64,000 bases of DNA from a candidate division WWE3 bacterium. GTDB taxonomy: Bacteria > Patescibacteriota > 4484-211 > GCA-002791395. Position numbers and translations under genes: made by a program. Below the pieces are notes generated by a model that ran no database searches, was not told the DNA's origin, and saw nothing but the letters and a program-made list of their open reading frames with translations. The stretch covers positions 69,960 through 133,959 of the forward strand of contig JAAXWF010000003.1 in the NCBI GenBank assembly GCA_013335095.1, written 5' to 3'. Shown here one piece after another: positions 40,209 through 49,871 of the stretch (positions are counted from its first letter, which is position 1; every line of letters begins with the position of its first letter).

Positions 40209-42558
40209 ACTAATACATTTGTTAATTTATTCAGTATTTATTAGTACGTGTATTTTATATATCTTTTGCCCAGCTCTAACCTATGCAGCGCCCACCGCAA
40301 CAAAACGAATCGGAACGTTAAATGGCACTAACTTTGTAGAAAAAAATACCTTTACAGTTGGGGAAAAGGCTACCTACGAATTAACAATTAATGGGCCAGC
40401 TAATTCCACCAGCAGTCGAAGAGTTCCGATGGACGTTATGTTTGTCGTTGATGATTCAGGTAGTACTACAATGGCGAATTGGCCCGGGGCATATTCGTAT
40501 GGTTCTCCAAAACCTCTGGTAATCGAGGTTGCTCAGTACGCCATGAAATCAATGCTTGATATGGCTGATCCAACTATTGATCGATTCGGACTGGTCTACT
40601 TCAAAATGGATGCTAAATTGACCCAACCATTAACAAATGATTTTAATTTACTAAAAAGCAAAATTGATGGTTTGCCGAGGACTGACGGTGGTTCTGATCT
40701 TGGGGAAGGTGCACTTACTGCATCTCAGCATCTCGTTGCTCAATCACGACCAGATGCGTCACGTAATGTTATTTTATTGAGTGATGGAGGGATTACCTGT
40801 TGTGCTCCTTGGACTATTGATCTACTGGATCCATCAGTCACTGATTATCAGATTAATAACGGAATTACTGGTCATAGTGTTGGGATGGGGGCTGGTACCA
40901 TTCAGGTTCCTAATAGTCGGTTTGATGATTATGTGTATACCTGTCCTATTGGCAATGTTCGCGTTCGAAGTGGAGAGGAGTATTTAAAATGTTATTCTCA
41001 AATGACGGGGGGCACGTATACGTATGGACCTGATCCTGATTCTTTTGTGGCGGCATTTCAGGCTATGGTGCAAATAATAAATGAGAATCTGTCGACATCG
41101 GTTGAAGATTATATAAATACAACACATTTTCAAAACCCACGGTTAGTTAGTGTTACTGATTTATATGGCAATACAACATCAGATACCGTAACTATTACGG
41201 GTAATCGTGTTTCAGCTGATTTTGGCAACCTCTCCAGTGGGGATGGGCGTAGAATTTATGTTGAAGCAGATGTTACAGCCGGTTCTACAGGTACTTCATG
41301 GAGCGTCACCGCCGATGCTCAACCAGATAATAGTAATTCGGTGAATTATACGGTTGATACCGGATCGATTCAATCGACAGCAATATTTAATAATCCGCTC
41401 ATTACGGTTCATTACCCGCTACCTGGATCAATAAGTGGACGTGTTTACCTTGATTTAAGTAATAACTGCTCATTAGAAAGCGGTGAAGCTGGTACCAATT
41501 CAGCTAGTCTTCGCCTTGATCAGTTACTACCAAGTTCATGTTCTCCTTCAACGCGAACTACAATACCTGATAGTAGTGGTAATTATACTTTTTCTAACCT
41601 AGACTGTTTTGAACCGAGCGGCGGCGCTACATATCGTCTATTTGTAACTTCAACTAATGCTGATTTCACCACAACAACATGTGGTAATTCATATACGATA
41701 AACCTAAGTCCAGGTGAGGATTATCAGATAAATCCTCCGCTATCCGTACTAAAAGATCCATGGTTCCAATTATCTGGAGGATCTGTGTACGCTCATGGGA
41801 TGATTAACTCTCCAATACCAAATTCGGCGATAGATAAATATATAATCTCTTCAAATGCAACTCTTAGTGCGGGTCATATTGCGACTGACTCGACAATCCA
41901 ACTTGATAATGGAGATATTTCATCGAAGCATTGGAGTACTGTCCCGTATTCTGAAACTATTGCCTCCACAATGATGCCTGACCAGGTTGTATCTATGTTA
42001 CAAAATTATATTGATGATCCCAATTACGATGGGTCTGCACCAAAGGCAGGGGATGCAACTGATGGTATCGCGGTGTATTCATCGAAAAGATCAACCCTGA
42101 CGTTATCTGGAAATTGGCAGCATATTAATTTCCCGGTAATAGTAATTATGGACAGCACTGCTGGCGGCATGGATGTACGTATTCCAAGTTCAATTACCCA
42201 GGGGCATATTAGTTTAAACCAAAAGGGATTTCTCATGATTATTGCTCGGGATATCTTTATCGATTCAGGTCTTGGTGAGGACGATAATAGTTCGACATCG
42301 CCAACCTTAGAGGGACTTTTTATTGCCCGACGTAATTTTGATGCGGGTGGGAGTGGAGATCCAGCCATCGACAAACGATTAAATATCAGTGGTTCTGTTA
42401 TTACCGGAACTGATAGCTTGGGTGGATATACGAGTCAACGCACTCATGAAGAAAATTATTTATATCCAGCCGATTATTTTGTATTTAATCCCAAACTACT
42501 GTTAAATTACCCATCGCAATTGATGCCGTCTCATTATAGTTGGAACGAAGTCCATTGA
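40201..42558 (+). CDS. Secreted VWA-domain surface protein with SdrD-B-like and shared C-terminal domain
   Basis: Signal peptide; DVMFVVDDSGS (MIDAS), ILLSDG; ISGRVYLD; DPWFQ domain. Confidence 0.8.
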   Translation: MNKLIHLLIYSVFISTCILYIFCPALTYAAPTATKRIGTLNGTNFVEKNTFTVGEKATYELTINGPANSTSSRRVPMDVMFVVDDSGSTTMANWPGAYSYGSPKPLVIEVAQYAMKSMLDMADPTIDRFGLVYFKMDAKLTQPLTNDFNLLKSKIDGLPRTDGGSDLGEGALTASQHLVAQSRPDASRNVILLSDGGITCCAPWTIDLLDPSVTDYQINNGITGHSVGMGAGTIQVPNSRFDDYVYTCPIGNVRVRSGEEYLKCYSQMTGGTYTYGPDPDSFVAAFQAMVQIINENLSTSVEDYINTTHFQNPRLVSVTDLYGNTTSDTVTITGNRVSADFGNLSSGDGRRIYVEADVTAGSTGTSWSVTADAQPDNSNSVNYTVDTGSIQSTAIFNNPLITVHYPLPGSISGRVYLDLSNNCSLESGEAGTNSASLRLDQLLPSSCSPSTRTTIPDSSGNYTFSNLDCFEPSGGATYRLFVTSTNADFTTTTCGNSYTINLSPGEDYQINPPLSVLKDPWFQLSGGSVYAHGMINSPIPNSAIDKYIISSNATLSAGHIATDSTIQLDNGDISSKHWSTVPYSETIASTMMPDQVVSMLQNYIDDPNYDGSAPKAGDATDGIAVYSSKRSTLTLSGNWQHINFPVIVIMDSTAGGMDVRIPSSITQGHISLNQKGFLMIIARDIFIDSGLGEDDNSSTSPTLEGLFIARRNFDAGGSGDPAIDKRLNISGSVITGTDSLGGYTSQRTHEENYLYPADYFVFNPKLLLNYPSQLMPSHYSWNEVH

Positions 42559-42621
42559 TACGATGAGGATAGAGGTTAAAGGTCGTTTCTATACTGTTAT
42601 TTTATGTTTTGATGTTCTATT

Positions 42622-43122
42622 ATGATAGAAGATATGTTTCGAAACATAACACTTGGATGGAAAAAAGTGCTTGCAATAAGTATTATTGCTGTTTTTATTG
42701 GTGTTTCAGGATATGGCCTCGTAACCTATTTATCACATGAAACTTCAAGGACTATTCAGTTAGACGATGGACAACAGTTACTTGCGGTTCTTCAACATCA
42801 AGCGGTTCCACTCGAATCGACATCAATTGAAAGCGCTGGACTCTTATACTTAATTAGTGGGGTAGTTAATGATGTAACTCCGGCTTACAATGCTAATCAA
42901 CAGGGGATTTCGTTTCACCTTATTGATGGCCAGGGTAATCTCTTACCACCACAATTTATGTTATATGACAGCTCTACATCTATCGTTCATCTCGATAGTC
43001 AGGGAGAAAGCCAAGCCTCGATTAAAGATATTCGTCAAGGTGATGCCGTTAAGGTAAATTATTACGTTGATTTAAAGTCTGGCGAATCGTTGGTTACCAA
43101 AATAGCATTGCTTACATGGTAA
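42622..43122 (+). CDS. Hypothetical single-TM protein
   Basis: One TM plus beta-rich domain; overlaps start of next gene. Confidence 0.6.
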   Translation: MIEDMFRNITLGWKKVLAISIIAVFIGVSGYGLVTYLSHETSRTIQLDDGQQLLAVLQHQAVPLESTSIESAGLLYLISGVVNDVTPAYNANQQGISFHLIDGQGNLLPPQFMLYDSSTSIVHLDSQGESQASIKDIRQGDAVKVNYYVDLKSGESLVTKIALLTW

Positions 43123-45863
43123 AGCTCAAGTATTTTCTCCTCCTGTTTTTAATATTAACTCCGATGTTTTTATCTTCGTTTTCTCGTGTAGCCTCTGCTG
43201 CATGTGTTTGTTCTGGCGCGTTTGGGGCATGTTCCTGTTCGAGTTCAGGCTGCAATGGCATACAGGTATGCAATGGAACTGACAATATAACTGGAGCATC
43301 ATGTGTTCTCTCCCAGAGTTGTAATTTACCACCAAATACAAATAGTTGTGATTGTAGTGGTGTTAAATGTAATGGGAGTGGGGAATGTTGGAATTACAGT
43401 AACACGTCATGTACATATCCCAGTCAGTGTACCGGGGCATTGGGGGGGGGGACTGGGTGTCATTATTGCCAGACTCCGCTTGTTACTGCAACACCAGTAC
43501 CAACAACGCCTCCATTATCTGGTTCATGCGGTGGTGGTTGTGGCTTTTGTGAATGGCGTGGTAGTGATGGAGCCTGTCATGGCGGAGCCCGTCCTGGTGG
43601 TGGATGGTGCTGTCATCGTTCTTGTGTAAATGGTACATGCGCAACAGTCGATGGATCTGGTTCCGATTCTTGTGCGTCTAATGGTTCTACATGTGCTATG
43701 CCAACTCCTGGTCCTGGTGTTTGTGTTAATGGTGCTTCATGTAGCTGCTCTGGCGCAAGTGCCGGTCATTGTTCACAGTGTGGTGGCAGTTGGTGCAATG
43801 GTGGCCATTGTAGTTGTGGAGGGAGTGGTGGGTGCTCGACCCAACTGACCTGTTCTAATTTTACTGCAACTGGGCCAAGTGGTACGGTTATTCATGCGAT
43901 ATCACAAGATGATCATAATAAAGGCTATGCAGTCCCTGAATTAATAGTTCGACCAAATGATAATATTCGGTTCTATAACGATATATTTCCAGATGAGCCG
44001 TACGGTATGCGTGGTGAATATAATTGGGGCGATGGTACATCATGTCGTGAATGGTTAGTCGGTAATCATTCATCGCCGCGCGCGGTTTACTTCTGTAATG
44101 CCGGGAAGCTCAATAATGCCTGGTATAACGATGCTAATCTGCCCAACGTTACGATTGCTCCCAAACCGTACCCGTGGTGTGATGAAGACCTTTGGGACTC
44201 CGGCGACTGCGACTGTACTGCTGATGGGCGTACGATGATGTGCTTAATGCATGCCGACGATGGCGTCGCATATCGACGATATGCAGCATCTGGAGTCTAT
44301 TCCGTTGCTTTACGTGCTCAAACAGCATGTGTTTGGGATGATAATAATTCAAATCCGTGTTTATTGAAAATTCGTGTGCAAGCACCTCCAACGATTCCAA
44401 CTGGTCTACAAGTTGTATGTAATAATGGTAGTGGAAACGCTACATTCTCGTGGAACGCATCAACGAACACTGCTCGATATGTATTACGTATAAATAAAGA
44501 ACCAGCCGCCGACTGGGCAAATGTTGCTGCCGGTGATCAGTACATTGAAACCTCGGCAACTTCATATACGACTAATATAACTTTCGGCGATTCATATGCA
44601 TGGTGGAGTGTGCAGCCTGTGGCTGTCGGCGAAATGTATCCGTATTCTTCGACCGCGGCATATAGTGGTGCTTTCGCGTGTCCGAATGTGACACCAACCC
44701 CGCTACCTACCTTAACACCTGTTCCTGCCCAAGTCGGGGGTAATGTTTTCCTTGATATAAGTAATAATTGTATGAAGGATTCGGGTGAACCGGGTTCATC
44801 GGATGCAACGCTTCGATTAGAGCGCCTACTTCCTGGTTCTTGCCCAGCTTATTCACAGAATCAAAATCCAACTGCAAGTGGTACGTATTCATTTACTAAT
44901 TTAAATTGTTTTGATGCCGCTGCGAGTTCGACATACCGATTGCGAGCCAGTACTGCAAATGCTAATTATGAACTACGATGTGGCAATGACCTCAACTTAA
45001 ATGTTATTGGTGGCGCAAATGTTCAGCGCGATTTTGGCTTAACTATCTTACGGGATCCTTGGTTTCAGGCATATAGTGGTGCGATATATGCTGATGGTTC
45101 GATTGACTCAAAGATTCCTGCATCAGCAATAAATCCTCGGTTAGTATATTCTGATATTGTTCATTCTCCAGAGGTTGTGTCTGGGGGCACTATTAATACA
45201 AACAGCGGAACCGTATCATCGACGAATTGGAAGATTTCAAGTTACGCATCTGAGGCTGAATTGCCCGTGAGTATGACGCAAATTATTAAGACATTAACGG
45301 GAAAGGTTGACCGAAATAATTGGAATGGTGCTCCCCCAGTGGCTAGTGATGCGACCGATGGTATCGCCGTATACTATAACAAGGCGGATAATGTGACACT
45401 AAATGGAAATTGGCAGAACATCAATTTTCCTGCAGTTGTTATGGTCGAAGGGACCTCTGCTACTAATGGAAATATTACAATTCCAAATACGATTGTTGGT
45501 CAACGAATTACGCTTGGAGCAAATGGCTTTTTGATGGTTCTTGCGTACAACGATATATTAGTGTCATCTTCGATTGGAGAAATGTTCAATATGTCTAGTA
45601 CTCCAGATTTAGAAGGTCTCTTTATCGCCGGGCGTAATGTGAATGTCGGCGGGACGAATGACCGTCTTGTTGATAAACGTATTAATATCTCCGGTAATGT
45701 TATTACCGGCACTCGGGTTGCGGGTACGTACATCTCAAGGCGTAGTCATGAAGATAACCATCTTTATCCTTCTGACTATTTTATTTACAATCCTAAGTTA
45801 ATACTCAATATCCCACGCATCTTGTCTGATCCCGCATATGAATGGGGCGAACAACTAAAGTAG
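43116..45863 (+). CDS. Cys-rich secreted surface protein with shared C-terminal domain
   Basis: Signal peptide; Cys/Gly-rich N-terminus; WGDG (PKD-like), FN3-like segment; C-terminus homologous to 40201-42558. Confidence 0.8.
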   Translation: MVKLKYFLLLFLILTPMFLSSFSRVASAACVCSGAFGACSCSSSGCNGIQVCNGTDNITGASCVLSQSCNLPPNTNSCDCSGVKCNGSGECWNYSNTSCTYPSQCTGALGGGTGCHYCQTPLVTATPVPTTPPLSGSCGGGCGFCEWRGSDGACHGGARPGGGWCCHRSCVNGTCATVDGSGSDSCASNGSTCAMPTPGPGVCVNGASCSCSGASAGHCSQCGGSWCNGGHCSCGGSGGCSTQLTCSNFTATGPSGTVIHAISQDDHNKGYAVPELIVRPNDNIRFYNDIFPDEPYGMRGEYNWGDGTSCREWLVGNHSSPRAVYFCNAGKLNNAWYNDANLPNVTIAPKPYPWCDEDLWDSGDCDCTADGRTMMCLMHADDGVAYRRYAASGVYSVALRAQTACVWDDNNSNPCLLKIRVQAPPTIPTGLQVVCNNGSGNATFSWNASTNTARYVLRINKEPAADWANVAAGDQYIETSATSYTTNITFGDSYAWWSVQPVAVGEMYPYSSTAAYSGAFACPNVTPTPLPTLTPVPAQVGGNVFLDISNNCMKDSGEPGSSDATLRLERLLPGSCPAYSQNQNPTASGTYSFTNLNCFDAAASSTYRLRASTANANYELRCGNDLNLNVIGGANVQRDFGLTILRDPWFQAYSGAIYADGSIDSKIPASAINPRLVYSDIVHSPEVVSGGTINTNSGTVSSTNWKISSYASEAELPVSMTQIIKTLTGKVDRNNWNGAPPVASDATDGIAVYYNKADNVTLNGNWQNINFPAVVMVEGTSATNGNITIPNTIVGQRITLGANGFLMVLAYNDILVSSSIGEMFNMSSTPDLEGLFIAGRNVNVGGTNDRLVDKRINISGNVITGTRVAGTYISRRSHEDNHLYPSDYFIYNPKLILNIPRILSDPAYEWGEQLK

Positions 45864-45901
45864 TTTTTGTAGAATCTAATCTGAAAGATACGTAAGAGTT
45901 T

Positions 45902-47182
45902 TTAGGAATCTAATCCAGGGACAGGGTAGGTTAGTGCAAAGTCACGTACTTGAGTTTTTAATTCTTCAAGCATTTTTTCATCTTCACGGTTCATTATTGC
46001 TAGATGCATCCAATTCGCAATCTTTGTCATTTCATCCTTTTTTATTCCTCGTGATGTTATTGCTGGTGTACCGATTCTAATTCCAGATGGATTCCATGGT
46101 TTCGCGCTATCATTCGGAACGGTGTTTTTATTGACGATAATGTTGGCTTTTTCTAATGCTACGGCTGCGTCAGTTCCGGTAATATCAAGATTACGAAGAT
46201 CGATGAGAACGAGATGCTTATCCGTGCCACCGGTGCATACATCATAACCTCGATCAACTAATTCTTGTGCCAGCGATTGAGCGTTTTCTACAATCTGTTT
46301 GGTATATTCCTTAAATTCAGGTTGTGCAGCTTGTTTTAACGCTACTGCAATACCTGCGATGCTATGGTTCATTGGTCCACCTTGCAAGCCCGGGAATACC
46401 GATGAATTTATCGCTTCAATATATTCTTTTTTGGCAAATATCATCGCGCCAATCGGTCCGCGTAATGTTTTGCGCGTTGTCATGGTGACAATATCTGCAT
46501 ACGGAAACGGTGATTTATTTGCTCCGCCAGCAATAAGTCCTGCTTCATGGGCCACATCTGCCATATAGAGTGCACCCACCTTATCGGCGATTTCTTTCAT
46601 TCTTTTGTAATCGATTTCACGTGGATACGCAGTTCCACCGGAAATTATTATTTTGGGTTTATGCTCAAGAGCAATTTTTTCGACTTCGTCATAATTAAAC
46701 CATCGCGTTTGTGGATCAACATAATAATAGACGGGGTGGTACACCTTGCTCGTCATGCTTACTGGTTTACCGTTCGGGAGCTTCCAACCATGGGATAAAT
46801 GTCCGCCATCATATAGAAACATCGACATAATTGTATCGCCGGGCTGAAGGAGTGCATTATATACCGACAAATTGGCTACACTTCCGGTAACTGCTTGGAC
46901 ATTAACCCCCCATAATTCCGGATCTAAATTAAATACGCCGAGTGCTCGTTTTTTAGTTAAGTCTTCAATATAGTCAATAAATTCATTCCCCTGGTAGTAT
47001 CGTTTGAATGCTTGGCCTTCAGAGTATTTATTCATTAATGGGCTACCAACGGCTTCACGTACCGCTAAGCTTACATAGTTTTCCGAAGGGATCATTTCAA
47101 GTTGTTCTCGTTGACGGTGTTCTTCGCTTTCGATCAGCGTATAAAGCTCTTGATCTTCATTTATGAGATTTTCGTAGGCCAT
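45902..47182 (-). CDS. glyA: Serine hydroxymethyltransferase
   Basis: IPSENY, NKYSEG, GGHLSHG, AH.AGLIA, TT.KTLRGP, FPGLQGGP, SGIRIGTPAITSRG. Confidence 0.97.
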   Translation of the reverse strand: MAYENLINEDQELYTLIESEEHRQREQLEMIPSENYVSLAVREAVGSPLMNKYSEGQAFKRYYQGNEFIDYIEDLTKKRALGVFNLDPELWGVNVQAVTGSVANLSVYNALLQPGDTIMSMFLYDGGHLSHGWKLPNGKPVSMTSKVYHPVYYYVDPQTRWFNYDEVEKIALEHKPKIIISGGTAYPREIDYKRMKEIADKVGALYMADVAHEAGLIAGGANKSPFPYADIVTMTTRKTLRGPIGAMIFAKKEYIEAINSSVFPGLQGGPMNHSIAGIAVALKQAAQPEFKEYTKQIVENAQSLAQELVDRGYDVCTGGTDKHLVLIDLRNLDITGTDAAVALEKANIIVNKNTVPNDSAKPWNPSGIRIGTPAITSRGIKKDEMTKIANWMHLAIMNREDEKMLEELKTQVRDFALTYPVPGLDS

Positions 47183-47286
47183 GTCATATTATAGTCATCC
47201 CGCCAACTATTATTCAATAAGTTTCGTGTGGTACTATTGTGAGCACCTTATTATGAGGTCTGTGTATCGTTTGAAGGAGGGTAGGT

Positions 47287-48210
47287 ATGCGGTATTTACC
47301 GTACTCACAGCGGAGGCCGGATCGGCAGTATAGTCAGCTTCTGGTCGAGATCCTTAATTCAGGTCTTTGGTCGCCCGCACAACAAGGTGGCCGGACAAGA
47401 AGTCGGTTGGGCTGCCAGATGCGGTTTCCATTATCGAACGGATTTCCGATTGTGACCGTCAGGGATCTGGCTACTCCATTTAAGAGTGGCCGCTCAATCC
47501 TTGGGCAGGCGCTGGGCGAACTGTGCGGGTTTCTTAATGGTGCTCGTACCCAAGAAGAGCTGGAGCAATTCGGCTGCTATTGGTGGGCACCATGGGTAAC
47601 CGAAGCAAAATGTGCCAAGCGTGGACTTGAGGAAGGGGATCTTGGACCAGGCTCATATGGGCCAGTCTGGACGGCATTTCCAACGCCTGATGGTAGCACC
47701 TTTAATCAGTTTGATGCGATGGTTCAGCAGATGATTGAACTCCCGCATCTTAAAACTCACCAGGTTGTACCGTGGTTTCCGCCGTACAATTTTCGTGGTG
47801 ACGGTGTTTTACAGCAGGTCGTTGTTGTGCCGTGTCATGGATGGGTGAATGTCGCTGTATATCCAGAACTCGGTGAATTCGACCTAGTCCACGTACAGCG
47901 GAGTGCTGATGTACCGGTTGGGCTGGTGGCGAATATGATTCAGTACGCTGCCCTCATGCTTATGCTTGAGGTGCTTACGGGATATCATCCACGTGAGCTG
48001 GTGTATATGATCGTGAACGCCCATGTGTTCGAATCGCAGCTGGTGGCTGTCGATAAGATCCTTGGGGTGGAGCCTGTCGAATTTCCTACAGTGACCATCG
48101 CCGAGCATGCCCAAGCACATTCAAGTGTTCGGGATTTTCGTGCCGGTGATTTTATTGTTTCCGATTATCATCCGGTTCTTCCGGTGATGCGGATTCCAAC
48201 ACCGGTATAA
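47287..48210 (+). CDS. thyA: Thymidylate synthase (divergent)
   Basis: GFP, GDLGP.SYG..W, PCH, QRSADVPVG..AN..QY, NAHVF. Confidence 0.9.
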   Translation: MRYLPYSQRRPDRQYSQLLVEILNSGLWSPAQQGGRTRSRLGCQMRFPLSNGFPIVTVRDLATPFKSGRSILGQALGELCGFLNGARTQEELEQFGCYWWAPWVTEAKCAKRGLEEGDLGPGSYGPVWTAFPTPDGSTFNQFDAMVQQMIELPHLKTHQVVPWFPPYNFRGDGVLQQVVVVPCHGWVNVAVYPELGEFDLVHVQRSADVPVGLVANMIQYAALMLMLEVLTGYHPRELVYMIVNAHVFESQLVAVDKILGVEPVEFPTVTIAEHAQAHSSVRDFRAGDFIVSDYHPVLPVMRIPTPV

Positions 48211-48219
48211 GGAGGCGCT

Positions 48220-48753
48220 GTGGAACCGAACTCTTCTCGGCTGAAGGTCTCAATTATCGCCGCGGTTAGCGACCATGGTTGTATCGGTTTACGCGGGGCT
48301 CTGCCATGGGATCTTCATACCGATCTCCGGCGGTTCGCGCGGATAACCGCAGGTCAGCCGGTAATTATGGGGCGTTCGACTTGGGAATCTATCGTCGCGA
48401 TGCGGGGAGGGGCTCTCCCTGGTCGGACGAATATTGTTCTGACCAGTCAAGTTCCGTATCGTGTTCCGGATGATGTGATCGTAGTGAATTCGCTTCACCG
48501 CGCGTTACTCATCGTGCCGGGTGATAGTGTGTTTGTGATCGGCGGAGCATCTTTATATGCACCGGCCCTGCCTCTGGCGACATCGTTGCATATTACCTGG
48601 GTACATGCACGAATTGTTGGCGATCGCCACTTTCCTGCGTTTAATCCAGCGAACTGGGATGTCGTGACGACTGAAGAGGTCTCAATCGGCCCGCAGGATC
48701 AGTACGCATCAACGTACACACTGTATAAACGGAGGGTTCATGGATCAGAGTAG
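48220..48753 (+). CDS. folA: Dihydrofolate reductase
   Basis: IG..GALPW...DL.RF...T.G.PVIMGR.TWESI, LPGR.NIVL, FVIGG, GD..FP. Confidence 0.95.
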   Translation: MEPNSSRLKVSIIAAVSDHGCIGLRGALPWDLHTDLRRFARITAGQPVIMGRSTWESIVAMRGGALPGRTNIVLTSQVPYRVPDDVIVVNSLHRALLIVPGDSVFVIGGASLYAPALPLATSLHITWVHARIVGDRHFPAFNPANWDVVTTEEVSIGPQDQYASTYTLYKRRVHGSE

Positions 48754-49177
48754 TCAGCCCTTCGTTGTGCTTGAGCATGCACGCTCGGCAGATCAGCTGC
48801 TGGTCATGCAACAGATCACTGCGGATGGGGTGTGCCCATTTTGTATGGAGCATCTGTTCTCTTACCATGATCAACCGATCTTGTGGGGGGGCATATCGTG
48901 GATCATTACCCCTAGCCGTTGGCCGTATGCTGGAACGAGGTTGCACCTTTTGGCGATTTCTATCCAGCACGTAGAACATCTATCCGATGTCACCCCGTCG
49001 GCGGCGATGGATCTATGGCAAGGCTTAAGTTGGGTCGAGCAGAACTTTACGCTTGCGGGGGGAGCGATTGGTCTGCGTTTTGGTGATCCTACCTTAAATG
49101 GTGGGAGTGTTCGACACCTACATGCTCATATCATTGTGGCGGACGGGCAGCAGCCCGTTCGTTTCAAGATGGGTTGA
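48740..49177 (+). CDS. HIT-family hydrolase
   Basis: CPFC, WPY...HLL, GGSVRHLHAH. Confidence 0.85.
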   Translation: MDQSSQPFVVLEHARSADQLLVMQQITADGVCPFCMEHLFSYHDQPILWGGISWIITPSRWPYAGTRLHLLAISIQHVEHLSDVTPSAAMDLWQGLSWVEQNFTLAGGAIGLRFGDPTLNGGSVRHLHAHIIVADGQQPVRFKMG

Positions 49178-49191
49178 TGTAGGTAACGTAT

Positions 49192-49223
49192 ATGCCTCGG
49201 TCGTAATTGATCGAGGCATTTTT
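49192..49223 (+). terminator. Terminator of thyA-folA-HIT
   Basis: atgcctcggtcg-taat-tgatcgaggca-ttttt. Confidence 0.8.
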
Positions 49224-49231
49224 ATTATAGG

Positions 49232-49260
49232 TTGACGATGGTGTTTGTTGTATATATAAT
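49232..49260 (+). promoter_or_regulatory. Near-consensus sigma70 promoter driving the putative ncRNA
   Basis: TTGACG 49232-37, 17-nt spacer, TATAAT 49255-60. Confidence 0.85.
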
Positions 49261-49295
49261 ATGTAACATTCTACGTGTGAGGCGCACCGGAAAGA

Positions 49296-49628
49296 CTGTG
49301 AACTGGATCAACCCCGTTTTCCATAGGGGTTGGCGGTTTGGGCTCGAAAGAGCTAGAGGCTGAAGAAGCCCACAGTCGCCCTGCCGTGGGGTTATTCACG
49401 GCTGCGGAGGACTTTGTCCTCCAAAAATCCTAAATTCTGTGAACTGGATCGATCCCGTTTTGAGGGGTCGGCGGTTTGGGCTCGAAAGAGCTAGTGGCTG
49501 AAGAAGCCCACAGAGTTTAGGATCTCGGCATCCGTTCATGATGGATGACTGTGAACTGGATCAACCCCATTTTCCATAGGGGTTGGCGGTTCGGGCTCGG
49601 AAGAGCTATAGGCTGAAGAAGCCCACAG
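49296..49628 (+). repeat. Three ~80-nt imperfect repeats (49296-49375, 49437-49513, 49549-49628)
   Basis: ctgtgaactggatc...ggggt(t/c)ggcggtt(t/c)gggctcg(a/g)aagagcta..ggctgaagaagcccacag. Confidence 0.97.
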
Positions 49629-49871
49629 TTATTCATCATGGATGTGTTGCCATGGAGAGCCTGCGGCGTTATCCGTAGGTCTACCCTCTCCATTACTCGC
49701 CCTCAATCGAGGGCTGCGGGGAAATTTCCCTGCGCGCACCGGTAGAGTGCGCTACATCACCCGGGGTGGATTGCTTGGCAACACCCCTTTCCAGCAAGGC
49801 TGGATCTGATCAATTTAACGCTGCTACTTAAATTTTTCGCAGCAATTTTGATCGATCTCGTCTTGCGATAT

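Noticed and set aside
49340-49375. Hammerhead ribozyme (CUGAAGA and GAAA present)
   Set aside because: Only 10 nt separate GAAA from CUGA, too few for stems I and III, and copy 3 has GGAA.
49296-49628. CRISPR array interpretation of the three repeats
   Set aside because: Repeats are ~80 nt, spacers are unequal and base-pair across the repeats, and there are no cas genes in the window.
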